A stretch of DNA of 64,000 nt, taken from assembly GCA_024650005.2 (NCBI GenBank), contig CP122380.1:1024001-1088000 (forward strand), written 5' to 3'. The DNA is from Candidatus Bathyarchaeum tardum. GTDB lineage: Archaea; Thermoproteota; Bathyarchaeia; Bathyarchaeales; Bathyarchaeaceae. This document shows positions 1 through 8,859 of the stretch, one piece after another. The notes below the pieces were generated by a model that made no database searches, was not told the origin of the DNA, and worked only from the letters and a program-made list of their open reading frames with translations. The translations under genes and the position numbers were made by a program. Position 1 is the stretch's first letter. Each line of letters opens with the position of its first letter.

Positions 1-1
1 C

Positions 2-796
2 AGGCTTTTCGAGTTCCAGTTCTTCCAAAATGCATTACTGGGCGGAACAATAACTGCTTTGGCTTGCGCATGGGTAGGACTTTTCTTAATTCTACGAAAA
101 GAATCCATGATAGGGGACGGAATTGCCCACACTGCCTTTGGAGGCATCGCTTTAGGCCTGTTTTTGGGAATTAACCCTATTTTGTCGGCATTGCTTGTTT
201 CAGTATTAGCAGTTTTGGGAATATCGTACATGAGACGAAAGGGCCTTGCGCAGTCTGACTCAGCAATAGCAGTAATGTTAGCTGTTGGGTTTTCCACCGG
301 TTTGATTATAATTAGCTTGGCAGGAGGTTTCAACGTAGAACTTTTCAGTTTCCTGTTTGGCTCGATCTTAACCATTGACCGAACCGACTTGATTATTGTC
401 TCGATTCTTGGACTGACCACAATAATTGTTCTTGGAATATTCCATAAAGAATTGTTGGCCATGACCTTTGACGAACAAAGCGCCCGACTGATGGGAATTC
501 CTGTACGTCCACTATCGATGGCATTTAATCTGCTAGTAGCAATTACGATTGTGCTCTCAATCAAAGTGATAGGCGTAATTCTGGTAGTCGCGCTCTTAGT
601 ATTGCCTGGGCTTTCTGCACTTCAACTAAACCTTTCTTTCAAAGCAACAACCCTTGCTGCTGTAATCTTCGGAATAGTCAGCATGACTGCTGGAATACTT
701 TTATCAGCAATCTACAGCGTAGCAACAAGCGGAATAATCGTTTTCACGGCAGCAGGTATATTCATTTTTACTGCAATCTACAAAAAATTAGAATAA
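2..796 (+). CDS. znuB: Zn/Mn ABC transporter permease (ZnuB/ABC-3 family), 5' end runs off window
   Basis: GDGIAHTAFGG, LFGSIL and FDEQSARLMG motifs; hydrophobic; frame open from position 2 (RLFEFQFFQNALLGG). Confidence 0.9.
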   Translation, partial: RLFEFQFFQNALLGGTITALACAWVGLFLILRKESMIGDGIAHTAFGGIALGLFLGINPILSALLVSVLAVLGISYMRRKGLAQSDSAIAVMLAVGFSTGLIIISLAGGFNVELFSFLFGSILTIDRTDLIIVSILGLTTIIVLGIFHKELLAMTFDEQSARLMGIPVRPLSMAFNLLVAITIVLSIKVIGVILVVALLVLPGLSALQLNLSFKATTLAAVIFGIVSMTAGILLSAIYSVATSGIIVFTAAGIFIFTAIYKKLE

Positions 797-824
797 ACAA
801 AAAAGAAAAAAAATTCCTTCAGGG

Positions 825-1349
825 TTATACTTTAACTCTGAAGTCTTCTTTTACTACGTTAAGCACAACGTTTGTTACAGTTTTGCTGACATGGGGCATC
901 TTCAATGCTGATTTGATGAAGTTGTTTAATGCACCGCGGTCTTTGAATCGGGCAACAACTGCTACGTCGTAGTCTCCGGTTATGTCATAAATGCAGATTA
1001 CTTCGTCTAGGGCTGCTAGCTGTTTTTCAACCTCAGGAAGATAACTGCCATCAGCTTGAATGAGAATAAGGGATGTTAAACCATAACCAAGCCGAGCAGA
1101 ATCTAAAAGTATGGTGTAACCTTTGAGAATCCCGCTGTCTTCTAGGTTCTTTACGCGATTATATGCTGTTCCAACAGCAATGCCTAGGCTGTCAGCGATT
1201 TTGTTGAAGCTTTTTCTTGCATCTTCTTGCAGTAAACGTATTATTTTTCTGTCGACTTCATCCACTTTATGATGGGAATCGTTATCCAGTTTTTGTTCCT
1301 CCTCATTGAATGATTGTTTATGAACCAAATTATATTTTTTTGTATTCAT
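825..1349 (-). CDS. Lrp/AsnC family transcriptional regulator (HTH + RAM domain), divergent from glnA
   Basis: DEVDRKIIRLLQEDARKSFNKIA HTH and ITGDYDV RAM motif; likely start ATG 1349, since the longer ORF-track start overlaps glnA. Confidence 0.92.
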   Translation of the reverse strand: MNTKKYNLVHKQSFNEEEQKLDNDSHHKVDEVDRKIIRLLQEDARKSFNKIADSLGIAVGTAYNRVKNLEDSGILKGYTILLDSARLGYGLTSLILIQADGSYLPEVEKQLAALDEVICIYDITGDYDVAVVARFKDRGALNNFIKSALKMPHVSKTVTNVVLNVVKEDFRVKV

Positions 1350-1421
1350 GAACACTTGTTCATTAGAACAGGATATATATAAGGTTTCCTTCAACTCTCT
1401 AGAAAAGTTTATATACAAATA
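1349..1421 (+). promoter_or_regulatory. glnA promoter: two operator-like boxes plus BRE/TATA
   Basis: TGAAcacttgTTCA 1349-1362 (within ATGAACA-CT-TGTTCAT inverted repeat), TAAGgtttccTTCA 1380-1393, then AGAAAAG-TTTATATACAAATA 1401-1421; further box TGAAtgattgTTTA 1307-1320. Confidence 0.75.
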
Positions 1422-1461
1422 TGTAATAATTTCAATTTCAATTGAATGAATGGTGAAAGAT

Positions 1462-2919
1462 ATGGATGCTATTACCAAAGCAAAAGAAACCCTGAAAAAA
1501 AACAAAATTCGATGGGTACACACCGCTTTTGTTGATATCCGAGGCCTAATGCAAGACGTAGTTATACCAGCACGCCACTTCACTGAAGGTCAAGCCCTGA
1601 CAGCAGGCATAGGCTTTGACGGTTCATCTGTACGAGGATTCAAAGCCATAAACGAGTCAGACATGATCCTTAAACCCGCTGCAGACACCCTTTCTATTAT
1701 TCCATGGACAACAGACGAAAAACAAAAAAGCGCAATAATCCTAGGAGACGTCTACGAAGCATTCGGAGGCAACCAACCCTCAGTTGTAGACCCCCGAGGA
1801 TATGTAGCAAAAAATGCAGTAAAAGCCGCAGAAGCTATGGGATACACTGGCTTTTTTGGTCCAGAACTAGAATATTTCGTTTTCAAATCAATTGATCCAA
1901 CCACCCTTGTCTGGGACATGTGGGTAAGCCCAAAAGGTGGCTCAGGAGACTCATGGGGAGCACCACGAGTAGTTCCAGTATCTCCCGAAACCACGCCAGG
2001 ATGCCAAGTGCTGCGACCCAAGGAAGCATACTTCCGACCTCCACCTGAAGACACTACAGTTGAATACCGTAATGAAGTTGCATCAATACTTGAAGAAAAC
2101 TTTGACACTGAAATTGAAATGCACCACCACGAAGTCGCTACGGCTGGACAAATTGAAATTGACTTCAAATATGGGGAATTAGTGAAAACAGCTGACCGAA
2201 CTCTCCTTTACAAGTTTGTTGCCAAAAACATTGCAAAACAACATGGTTTAATTGCAACTTTCATGCCCAAACCAGTTTACCTTGACAACGCAAGCGGCAT
2301 GCATGTTCATGCTTCCTTATGGAGCGGAAATACTAACGTCATGTATGACGAAACCGATGAATATGCAGAAATGAGCCAAACAGGCAGATACTTCATCGGA
2401 GGCTTGCTTGACCATGCTCGAGCAATAACTGCAGTCACTTGTCCTACAGTTAACTCTTACAAACGACTTGTTCCAGGATTTGAAGCCCCAATTTTCATTA
2501 TGTGGTCTCGCCGAAACAGGTCAGCAATGATTCGTGTTCCAGTATACTTCAAAGGCCCTGAACATGCAGCAGCCAAACGAGCAGAATTACGTTCCGCGGA
2601 TCCATCATGCAACTCATACTTGGCATTGGCAGTTATCTTAATGGCAGGACTTGACGGCATAAAAAAGAAAACTGAACCCGGAGACCCAGTCGACGAAGAC
2701 GTTTACGAATTACCCACTGAACGCCGAAAAGCCCTTGGAATTCAAGAATTACCAACAACCTTGAAAGATGCATTGGAAGCAATGAAAAGTGACGAAGTAG
2801 TCTTGAAGGCTCTTGGCAGCCACATATTCGATGCATTCATCGACTACAAGACAAATGACTGGAACCAGTTCTGTTTGTATGTAACCCCATGGGAAATAAT
2901 GAAATATCTAGACTATTAA
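1462..2919 (+). CDS. glnA: Glutamine synthetase type I
   Basis: FDGSS, GPELEYF, HHHEVATAGQIEI, ATFMPKP, SGMHVH, NSYKRLVPGFEAP, NRSAMIRVP; GGTGA RBS before ATG 1462. Confidence 0.97.
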   Translation: MDAITKAKETLKKNKIRWVHTAFVDIRGLMQDVVIPARHFTEGQALTAGIGFDGSSVRGFKAINESDMILKPAADTLSIIPWTTDEKQKSAIILGDVYEAFGGNQPSVVDPRGYVAKNAVKAAEAMGYTGFFGPELEYFVFKSIDPTTLVWDMWVSPKGGSGDSWGAPRVVPVSPETTPGCQVLRPKEAYFRPPPEDTTVEYRNEVASILEENFDTEIEMHHHEVATAGQIEIDFKYGELVKTADRTLLYKFVAKNIAKQHGLIATFMPKPVYLDNASGMHVHASLWSGNTNVMYDETDEYAEMSQTGRYFIGGLLDHARAITAVTCPTVNSYKRLVPGFEAPIFIMWSRRNRSAMIRVPVYFKGPEHAAAKRAELRSADPSCNSYLALAVILMAGLDGIKKKTEPGDPVDEDVYELPTERRKALGIQELPTTLKDALEAMKSDEVVLKALGSHIFDAFIDYKTNDWNQFCLYVTPWEIMKYLDY

Positions 2920-2949
2920 AATAAATGATAAGGAGAGAGGTGAATAAAC

Positions 2950-3180
2950 ATGAAAGCGTATCTATTAATCGATACACGACCTGGAACATCCGAGGATGTA
3001 GTCAAAGCCATTAAAATGCGATTCGAAAACGTTCTGCATGTTGACTCAGTATATGGACGCCACGACGTTGTTGCCGTCTTAGAAGCACCAAACCTAGAAG
3101 CCCTCAACGAATTCGTATACAAAGTAATCGAAAAAGACCCCAACATCGTCCACACCGAAACTGCGATTACACTCTTCTAA
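2950..3180 (+). CDS. Stand-alone Lrp/AsnC ligand-binding (RAM) domain protein (demi-FFRP)
   Basis: AYLLI..PG, VYGRHDVVAV, HTET pattern; no HTH; AGGAG RBS. Confidence 0.85.
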   Translation: MKAYLLIDTRPGTSEDVVKAIKMRFENVLHVDSVYGRHDVVAVLEAPNLEALNEFVYKVIEKDPNIVHTETAITLF

Positions 3181-3195
3181 ACAGGAGAGAACAAT

Positions 3196-3456
3196 ATGAC
3201 TCAAAAAGATCTCCGCAGCAAAAAAATCCGGGCGTTCGTACTCGTTACGATGAGACCGGGCACTTCGGAGGAGATCGTACAGTCAAGGAAGATAAAAGGT
3301 ATAAAACTCGCCAATTCAGTTCTGGGACGGTTCGACGCAGTAGCAATAATAGAGGCAGACAATTCAGAGCAACTCGCAGAAATCATCTACGAAATGATGG
3401 AAAAGAACCACAACGTGATTCACACTGAAACATTGCTGTCAATGTTCATACCTTAA
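3196..3456 (+). CDS. Stand-alone Lrp/AsnC ligand-binding (RAM) domain protein, paralog of previous gene
   Basis: AFVLV..RPGTSE, VLGRFDAVAI, IHTETL; AGGAGA RBS. Confidence 0.85.
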   Translation: MTQKDLRSKKIRAFVLVTMRPGTSEEIVQSRKIKGIKLANSVLGRFDAVAIIEADNSEQLAEIIYEMMEKNHNVIHTETLLSMFIP

Positions 3457-3497
3457 ACAAAGTTCCTTGACAAAAACGTTCAACATCCAAAGTGCCA

Positions 3498-3560
3498 AGT
3501 CGGGTCAAAAAAGCCCGCCAATTTCCTTTTTTATTTTCTTTTTCCAAATAATTTCTTTTT
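3498..3560 (+). terminator. Probable terminator of glnA operon
   Basis: Short hairpin (cgggt..gcccg) followed by several T tracts. Confidence 0.5.
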
Positions 3561-3630
3561 AAAATTAACACTTATAGAAAAGTATTTGTTTAGCACCTGC
3601 TTTTTTCAGGGTTTATCAGTGGTGTATAAC

Positions 3631-4431
3631 ATGTCTGCTGAGTTGCTAACTAATGATCAAATCTTTAGGATAATTATCGCACTGGTTATTGTTGGAATTA
3701 CTATTGTTCTTGACAAAGTTATCCGCAGATCAATAACAAGATATGGCCAAAAAACGTGTATGGAACCGCATGCTATTAATATTTTAAAGTTACTCGCAAG
3801 AATACTTGTTGTAGCTGGAGGCGTAGTTTCTCTACTCGGACTTTTTGAAGTGCCCACTGAATGGTTTTTCGGAGCATCAGCACTTACTGGAACCGCTATA
3901 GGTTTTGCTTCCACTCAAACCGTAGGCAATTTCTTGGCTGGTTTCTACATTATGATTTCTAGACCGTTCATGGTACGGGATTACGTAAAAATTGGAGATG
4001 TAGAAGGCGAAGTAACAGAGATAACAATAAACTACACTAAGATTTACACGCCATCATACAACATAACTGAGATTCCCAACAAGAAAGTCTTGGATAGCAT
4101 TATTCGCAACTATTCTGGAACAAAAGACATAATCGATTACTCATTCAAGATGGGCTTCCCCCATTTGGACCACAAAACCAACAAACAGATGATCGAAGAC
4201 TGCATCAAACCCACAATTGAAAAATTCTATGAAAAATACAAAGACATTCTTCCACAGAAACCTGAAGCAAATATGCTTACGATGGATCGCCTTGGACGGG
4301 AAGTAAACATCAGAATGTTTTTCCCTGAAGGGAAAATTAATGACTTCTACAACCTTCAACCTGAACTGATGCGAGATATAATTCACTGCTGGGACAAATT
4401 CAAAACAGGTAAATGTGATAAAAGCTGTTAG
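3631..4431 (+). CDS. mscS: Small-conductance mechanosensitive channel (MscS family)
   Basis: IGFASTQTVGNFLAG, RPFMVRDYVKIGDVEGEV, IPN motifs; likely start ATG 3631. Confidence 0.9.
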   Translation: MSAELLTNDQIFRIIIALVIVGITIVLDKVIRRSITRYGQKTCMEPHAINILKLLARILVVAGGVVSLLGLFEVPTEWFFGASALTGTAIGFASTQTVGNFLAGFYIMISRPFMVRDYVKIGDVEGEVTEITINYTKIYTPSYNITEIPNKKVLDSIIRNYSGTKDIIDYSFKMGFPHLDHKTNKQMIEDCIKPTIEKFYEKYKDILPQKPEANMLTMDRLGREVNIRMFFPEGKINDFYNLQPELMRDIIHCWDKFKTGKCDKSC

Positions 4432-4552
4432 GTTATTCCTAACTTTCACCATTTTTTTGTTTTTCACATAAATCGTTTTTTGTCTGTCACATTTTTCACT
4501 TCACAAGAAGTCATATCTACTTTTTGGCATAAATGCGCAAACGTGAAAAAGA

Positions 4553-5032
4553 ATGCAAAGGAAAAACTTGCTAAAGACTGGAGTGCTTGCAACGTTGTTA
4601 CTTGTTTCAAGTTTTGCTACTGTAGTGTATGCACTTGCATACACAGAGAAACATGAAGTAATCTACAGCAACACCATCACAATTGACGGCCAAGAAGTAA
4701 AGTTCAGGGCATTCTATTTGTCTTCACCTGCAGCGTTTTTTGAAGTCAAACTAACTGTTTCAGAAGGAACAATAAAGTGGACGCCTCACTCTGCAGTGAT
4801 GTTTGACGACACTCAAGGATGGTTCCCCTGTCGATTAGGCAACGACACATTTGGGAAAATCCAAAGATGGGTAAGTGAAACAGACAACGGAACAGTAAGC
4901 TGGCGCGTAGACCAAGAAAACGTTGACATGGTATGGTACATCAACTTGTTCAACCCTGACGACTACGAAAAAGAAGTGCATATCGAAATCATCAAAGTTT
5001 GGGAAACCCAAAACTACAACGAATGGATGTAA
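4553..5032 (+). CDS. Secreted hypothetical protein
   Basis: N-terminal signal-like hydrophobic segment, beta-rich remainder; no family recognised. Confidence 0.7.
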   Translation: MQRKNLLKTGVLATLLLVSSFATVVYALAYTEKHEVIYSNTITIDGQEVKFRAFYLSSPAAFFEVKLTVSEGTIKWTPHSAVMFDDTQGWFPCRLGNDTFGKIQRWVSETDNGTVSWRVDQENVDMVWYINLFNPDDYEKEVHIEIIKVWETQNYNEWM

Positions 5033-5223
5033 CTATCCAAACAAAATTACAAAACACGTTGACAATAAGCAGAAAAACCTGACTAGTTCAGGTTCAACTT
5101 TCTTCTATTTTTTAAAAGAATATCATTATTTTTGGAAGCCAAAAACAATTTACAAACAGCAAAACAATTGAATAAACTTTAATTAAGTCCACGTTTCGCA
5201 AGTTTACTCCTATGTTGCACAAT

Positions 5224-5921
5224 CTATTTCGGTTTGCGGAAATACCATTCCTCTCCATCTGTTTGAACCAAATCCCACCATCATTAATGAATTCAATTCG
5301 TTCCTGTTTGTTGAAGCAATTTGAGTTAGAAATTCCTTTAGTGCTTACCCCATATATCTGCTCATAGACTTCTACATATCGCATTGTAGTTAAGACGCTT
5401 CGGTGTCCCATTATTTTTTTAACATGGGTAAGAAGTCTTGTCCGGTGGTATTCTCTAAGGGCTTTACAATGACGAAATGTATGCACATAAATTTTTAGGA
5501 ATCTTGGGTTATTGTGTTGTCGTGCCAGATTTTTCATTCTGTTTCTGAAAGAGTTGGTTCTTGTGTTTTTTGCTACTTTGGGAAATACGATGTTTTCATT
5601 ATTTTGTAAAGTGTTGAGCATGTTGATTAATTCCTCTGGAACCGGAACGATTCTTTAAACGCCGTTCTTTGACGCTTTCAAGGTCACTAAATTTTTTTCT
5701 TTGTTGATGTCAGCCCATTCGAGTCGTTCAGCTTCTTTGCATAGGGTGCCAGTTTCGTCTAGAAAATGTGAAAATATTATACTTGTCGTGTCACCAATGC
5801 TTTTTGCTAATATACGTTCGGTTTTAGGGGGGATAAAAGGAAATTTATGTTCCGGTCGGTAATTGGGTTTTTCCCAAGTTTTCCAACAAACATTACCTAA
5901 GCAATAAAAACATTTTCCCAT
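5224..5921 (-). pseudogene. Fragmented tyrosine recombinase/integrase
   Basis: ETGTLCKEAERLEWADI (box I, Arg lost), HTFRH, MGHRSVLTTMRY, and frameshifted C-terminus WDLVQTDGEEWYFRKPK*; split over several frames. Confidence 0.85.
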
Positions 5922-6118
5922 CCATGAACATATTTCTGTTTGAAGATTGTCCCATATAATTTTTGAAAAAAATAACTTTTTTTGTTATGATTTTCTTTAG
6001 TTTTTTTCTATATAAAAATTTCATTAGTTTTTAATATCACTTTATTTTCCAGTTAAATGTAAAGATCTTAGTGTCTATGAACATGATAAAAAATCATGAA
6101 AGAATGAATTAAATTTTA

Positions 6119-8437
6119 TTGGAAATTGGGTCTGTTTTGCGAACTCTCAAGGGTTTAAAATTAGTTAAATTATCTAAAAAAGTATTGTTTGTGTTATGTT
6201 TAACAGTTTTAGCAACGAATCTATTAATTCAAACTGGTCCATTATTTGTTAAAGCTCAGGATTTAACTGAGCCAATAATCTCAATAATTTCTCCTACAAA
6301 CCGTGTGTATTCAACAAAAATCATCGACCTAGACTTTAGTGTAAATGAGGAAGTTTCTTGGATTGGTTATAGTTTGGATGGAAAGAGCAATCAAACAATT
6401 GATGGGAACATAACTCTTCCCGAATTGTCTGAAGGAGTTCACACAATAGTTGTTTTCGCGACAGATTTAGCAGAAAACACAGGAAAATCAGATACTATAG
6501 CTTTTGAAGTTTCACTTCCTTTACCGGACAAAGAACCCCCAACAATAACAATTCTCTCGCCCACATCCACCACCTATCCTACCAATGATGTGGAACTAAT
6601 TTTTACAATAAATGAAAAAGTTTCTGTGATAGAGTATAGTTTAGATGGGGCAGAAAATCAACAAATCTCAGGAAACACAACCCTAAAATCATTGTCTGAA
6701 GGTCATCACAAAATAGTTGTTTACGCTACGGACTTGGCAGGAAACACTGGAAAATCAAATCCAATAAATTTCAATATTTCAATTGCTCCACCGGATACAG
6801 AACCCCCAACAATAACAATTCTTTCTCCCGCATCCACCACCTATTTTACTAACGATGTTGACCTAACTTTTACGGTTGATGAACAAGTCTCGTGGACAGG
6901 GTACAGTTTAGATGGCACAGCAAACCAAACTAGCGGCAACACCACATTATCGTCACTATCGGATGGTGTCCACACAATAGTTGTATACGCTACAGACTTG
7001 GCAGAAAACACAGGAAAGTCAAGTATAATTTACTTTGTAGTCTCACTATCCCAACCTGACACGGAAGCTCCAACAATAACAATTCTTTCGCCCACATCGA
7101 CCACCTACTCTACAGGCAATGTGGAGCTTAATTTTACGATAAGTGAGACTGTTTTTTGGATTGGATATAGTTTGGATGGTACAAGCAATCAGACAATTTC
7201 AGGAAATACAATTCTTGCTTCATTGTCAGAGGGAAGTCACAATTTAGCTGTTTATGCCACGGACCTTGCAGGAAACACTGGAAAATCAGATATTATAAAT
7301 TTTGAAGTTGTTATTCCTCCTCCAGACACCGAATCTCCAACAATAAATGTTAATTCACCGCAAAATTTGACTTATTCTTCAAGTAATGTTCCAATTAATT
7401 TGACGGTAAGTGAGGAGACTTTTTGGATTGGTTATAGTGTTGATGGGAATGAAAACGTTACAATTTATGGCAACTATACCATTTGGGCGTTAGGTGATGG
7501 TGTTCATAGTTTGGTTGTTTATGCTACTGATTTGTCGGGAAATACTGGAAAAAGTGATGTTGTTTATTTTTCTGTTGACACGGTGCCTCCTGTTGTGATT
7601 ATTTGGCCGCCGGGAAATGAGACATATCCTAGTTCTGAGGTTGATGTTTATTTTGTTTTTAATGAGGAGCTTTCATGGATTGTTTATAGTTTAGATAGAG
7701 GAAAAAATCAAAGCATAACTGGTAATTTTACTCTTTCGTCTTTGTCTGATGGTCCCCACAGTGTTGTGATTTATTCTGCTGATAAGGTTAATAACACGGA
7801 TAGGTCAAACATTGTTTATTTTTCAGTTGACACGACTCTTCCAGTTGTTAATTTGTTGTCACCTAAAAATGTGACTTATACTACAAATGGTGTTGATTTT
7901 AATTTTAAGGTAGAGGAGGACACTTCCTGGATTGGGTATAGTTTGGATGGGGGGAGTAATCGGACTGTAGATGGTAATTTTACTCTTTCGTCTTTGTCTG
8001 ATGGAGAGCATAGTGTTGTTGTTTATGCTCTGGATGCCAAAAAGGTGAACATGGGAAAGGCTTTTGTTTTCTTTACGGTGGATACGACTCCTCCCGAGGT
8101 TGTGATAAAATCTCCTGTTGATAACAAAACATACACTGATTCAAATAACATAACTTTATCATTTACAGTTAATGAGAAGGGTGTTTTGAAGTATTCTCTT
8201 GATGGGCAAGCTAACATTACTGTTGTGAATTCAACGGTTTTGTATAATTTATCTAATGGGGAACATAATTTGACAATGTTTGCAGAAGATTTGTATGGAA
8301 ACAAGGGTAAAACGGGGACAATTGTTTTTGAGGTGGATTTTGATCGAATACTGAGACCTTTGGAAATTGTTGCTGTTTCAGTAATAATAGTTGCAGCATT
8401 CTCGTTTATAATCATTAAAACATATAAAAATAAATAG
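6119..8437 (+). CDS. Cell-surface protein with about 8 tandem Ig-like repeats and C-terminal membrane anchor
   Basis: ~85-90 aa repeat DTxPPTITILSP..YSLDG..N.T..GN.TL..LSEG.H...VYA.DLAGNTG; signal peptide; C-terminal TM with Lys tail; many NxT/S sequons. Confidence 0.88.
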   Translation: MEIGSVLRTLKGLKLVKLSKKVLFVLCLTVLATNLLIQTGPLFVKAQDLTEPIISIISPTNRVYSTKIIDLDFSVNEEVSWIGYSLDGKSNQTIDGNITLPELSEGVHTIVVFATDLAENTGKSDTIAFEVSLPLPDKEPPTITILSPTSTTYPTNDVELIFTINEKVSVIEYSLDGAENQQISGNTTLKSLSEGHHKIVVYATDLAGNTGKSNPINFNISIAPPDTEPPTITILSPASTTYFTNDVDLTFTVDEQVSWTGYSLDGTANQTSGNTTLSSLSDGVHTIVVYATDLAENTGKSSIIYFVVSLSQPDTEAPTITILSPTSTTYSTGNVELNFTISETVFWIGYSLDGTSNQTISGNTILASLSEGSHNLAVYATDLAGNTGKSDIINFEVVIPPPDTESPTINVNSPQNLTYSSSNVPINLTVSEETFWIGYSVDGNENVTIYGNYTIWALGDGVHSLVVYATDLSGNTGKSDVVYFSVDTVPPVVIIWPPGNETYPSSEVDVYFVFNEELSWIVYSLDRGKNQSITGNFTLSSLSDGPHSVVIYSADKVNNTDRSNIVYFSVDTTLPVVNLLSPKNVTYTTNGVDFNFKVEEDTSWIGYSLDGGSNRTVDGNFTLSSLSDGEHSVVVYALDAKKVNMGKAFVFFTVDTTPPEVVIKSPVDNKTYTDSNNITLSFTVNEKGVLKYSLDGQANITVVNSTVLYNLSNGEHNLTMFAEDLYGNKGKTGTIVFEVDFDRILRPLEIVAVSVIIVAAFSFIIIKTYKNK

Positions 8438-8859
8438 AAAATATTTATCTCCTAATCAAAAAGGGAAAAAAAATTTACAGGGTTAAGAAGCTTTTTTTGG
8501 CAAAGTTTTTTGGTTTTTTAATATAAATTAATATTTATACGAACAACATCGCTTGTTTAAGTTGAAAACTCGATTCAAGATGCCCCATTATAATATTCAA
8601 GATATCTACACGGTTACACACACAGAAACGCCAAATCGGACAAGTGCATGTGCGGTGGGGGTTTCCCTTTGTGATTTTCCGCATAATGTGTGAGGTTGAA
8701 CCATGAAAGATTCTTTATTGTTTGTTAGGTTTTTTCGTCAGTAAAGCAGTTAACTGTGTAGCCATCTGGTTAAGTTTAGCTTCTAATTTTTCCATGAAAA
8801 TTATTAAAAACAAATTTCTATTTATAAATAACGTAACAATTAATAAATTGGCGATAAAT

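Noticed and set aside
1349-1393. NrpR or GlnR/TnrA operators
   Set aside because: Boxes are TGAA-N6-TTCA, not GGAA-N6-TTCC or TGTNA-N7-TNACA, and lie upstream of the glnA TATA; no such regulator gene is in the window.
1350-1583. N-terminal extension of the Lrp ORF in the ORF track
   Set aside because: It overlaps glnA and the shared promoter; ATG 1349 fits the family length.
6250-8340. CRISPR array
   Set aside because: Repeats are ~260-bp in-frame protein domains, not short repeats with unique spacers.
8560-8720. Short ORFs or structure upstream of the AN1 gene
   Set aside because: No RBS-supported ORF or convincing fold found.
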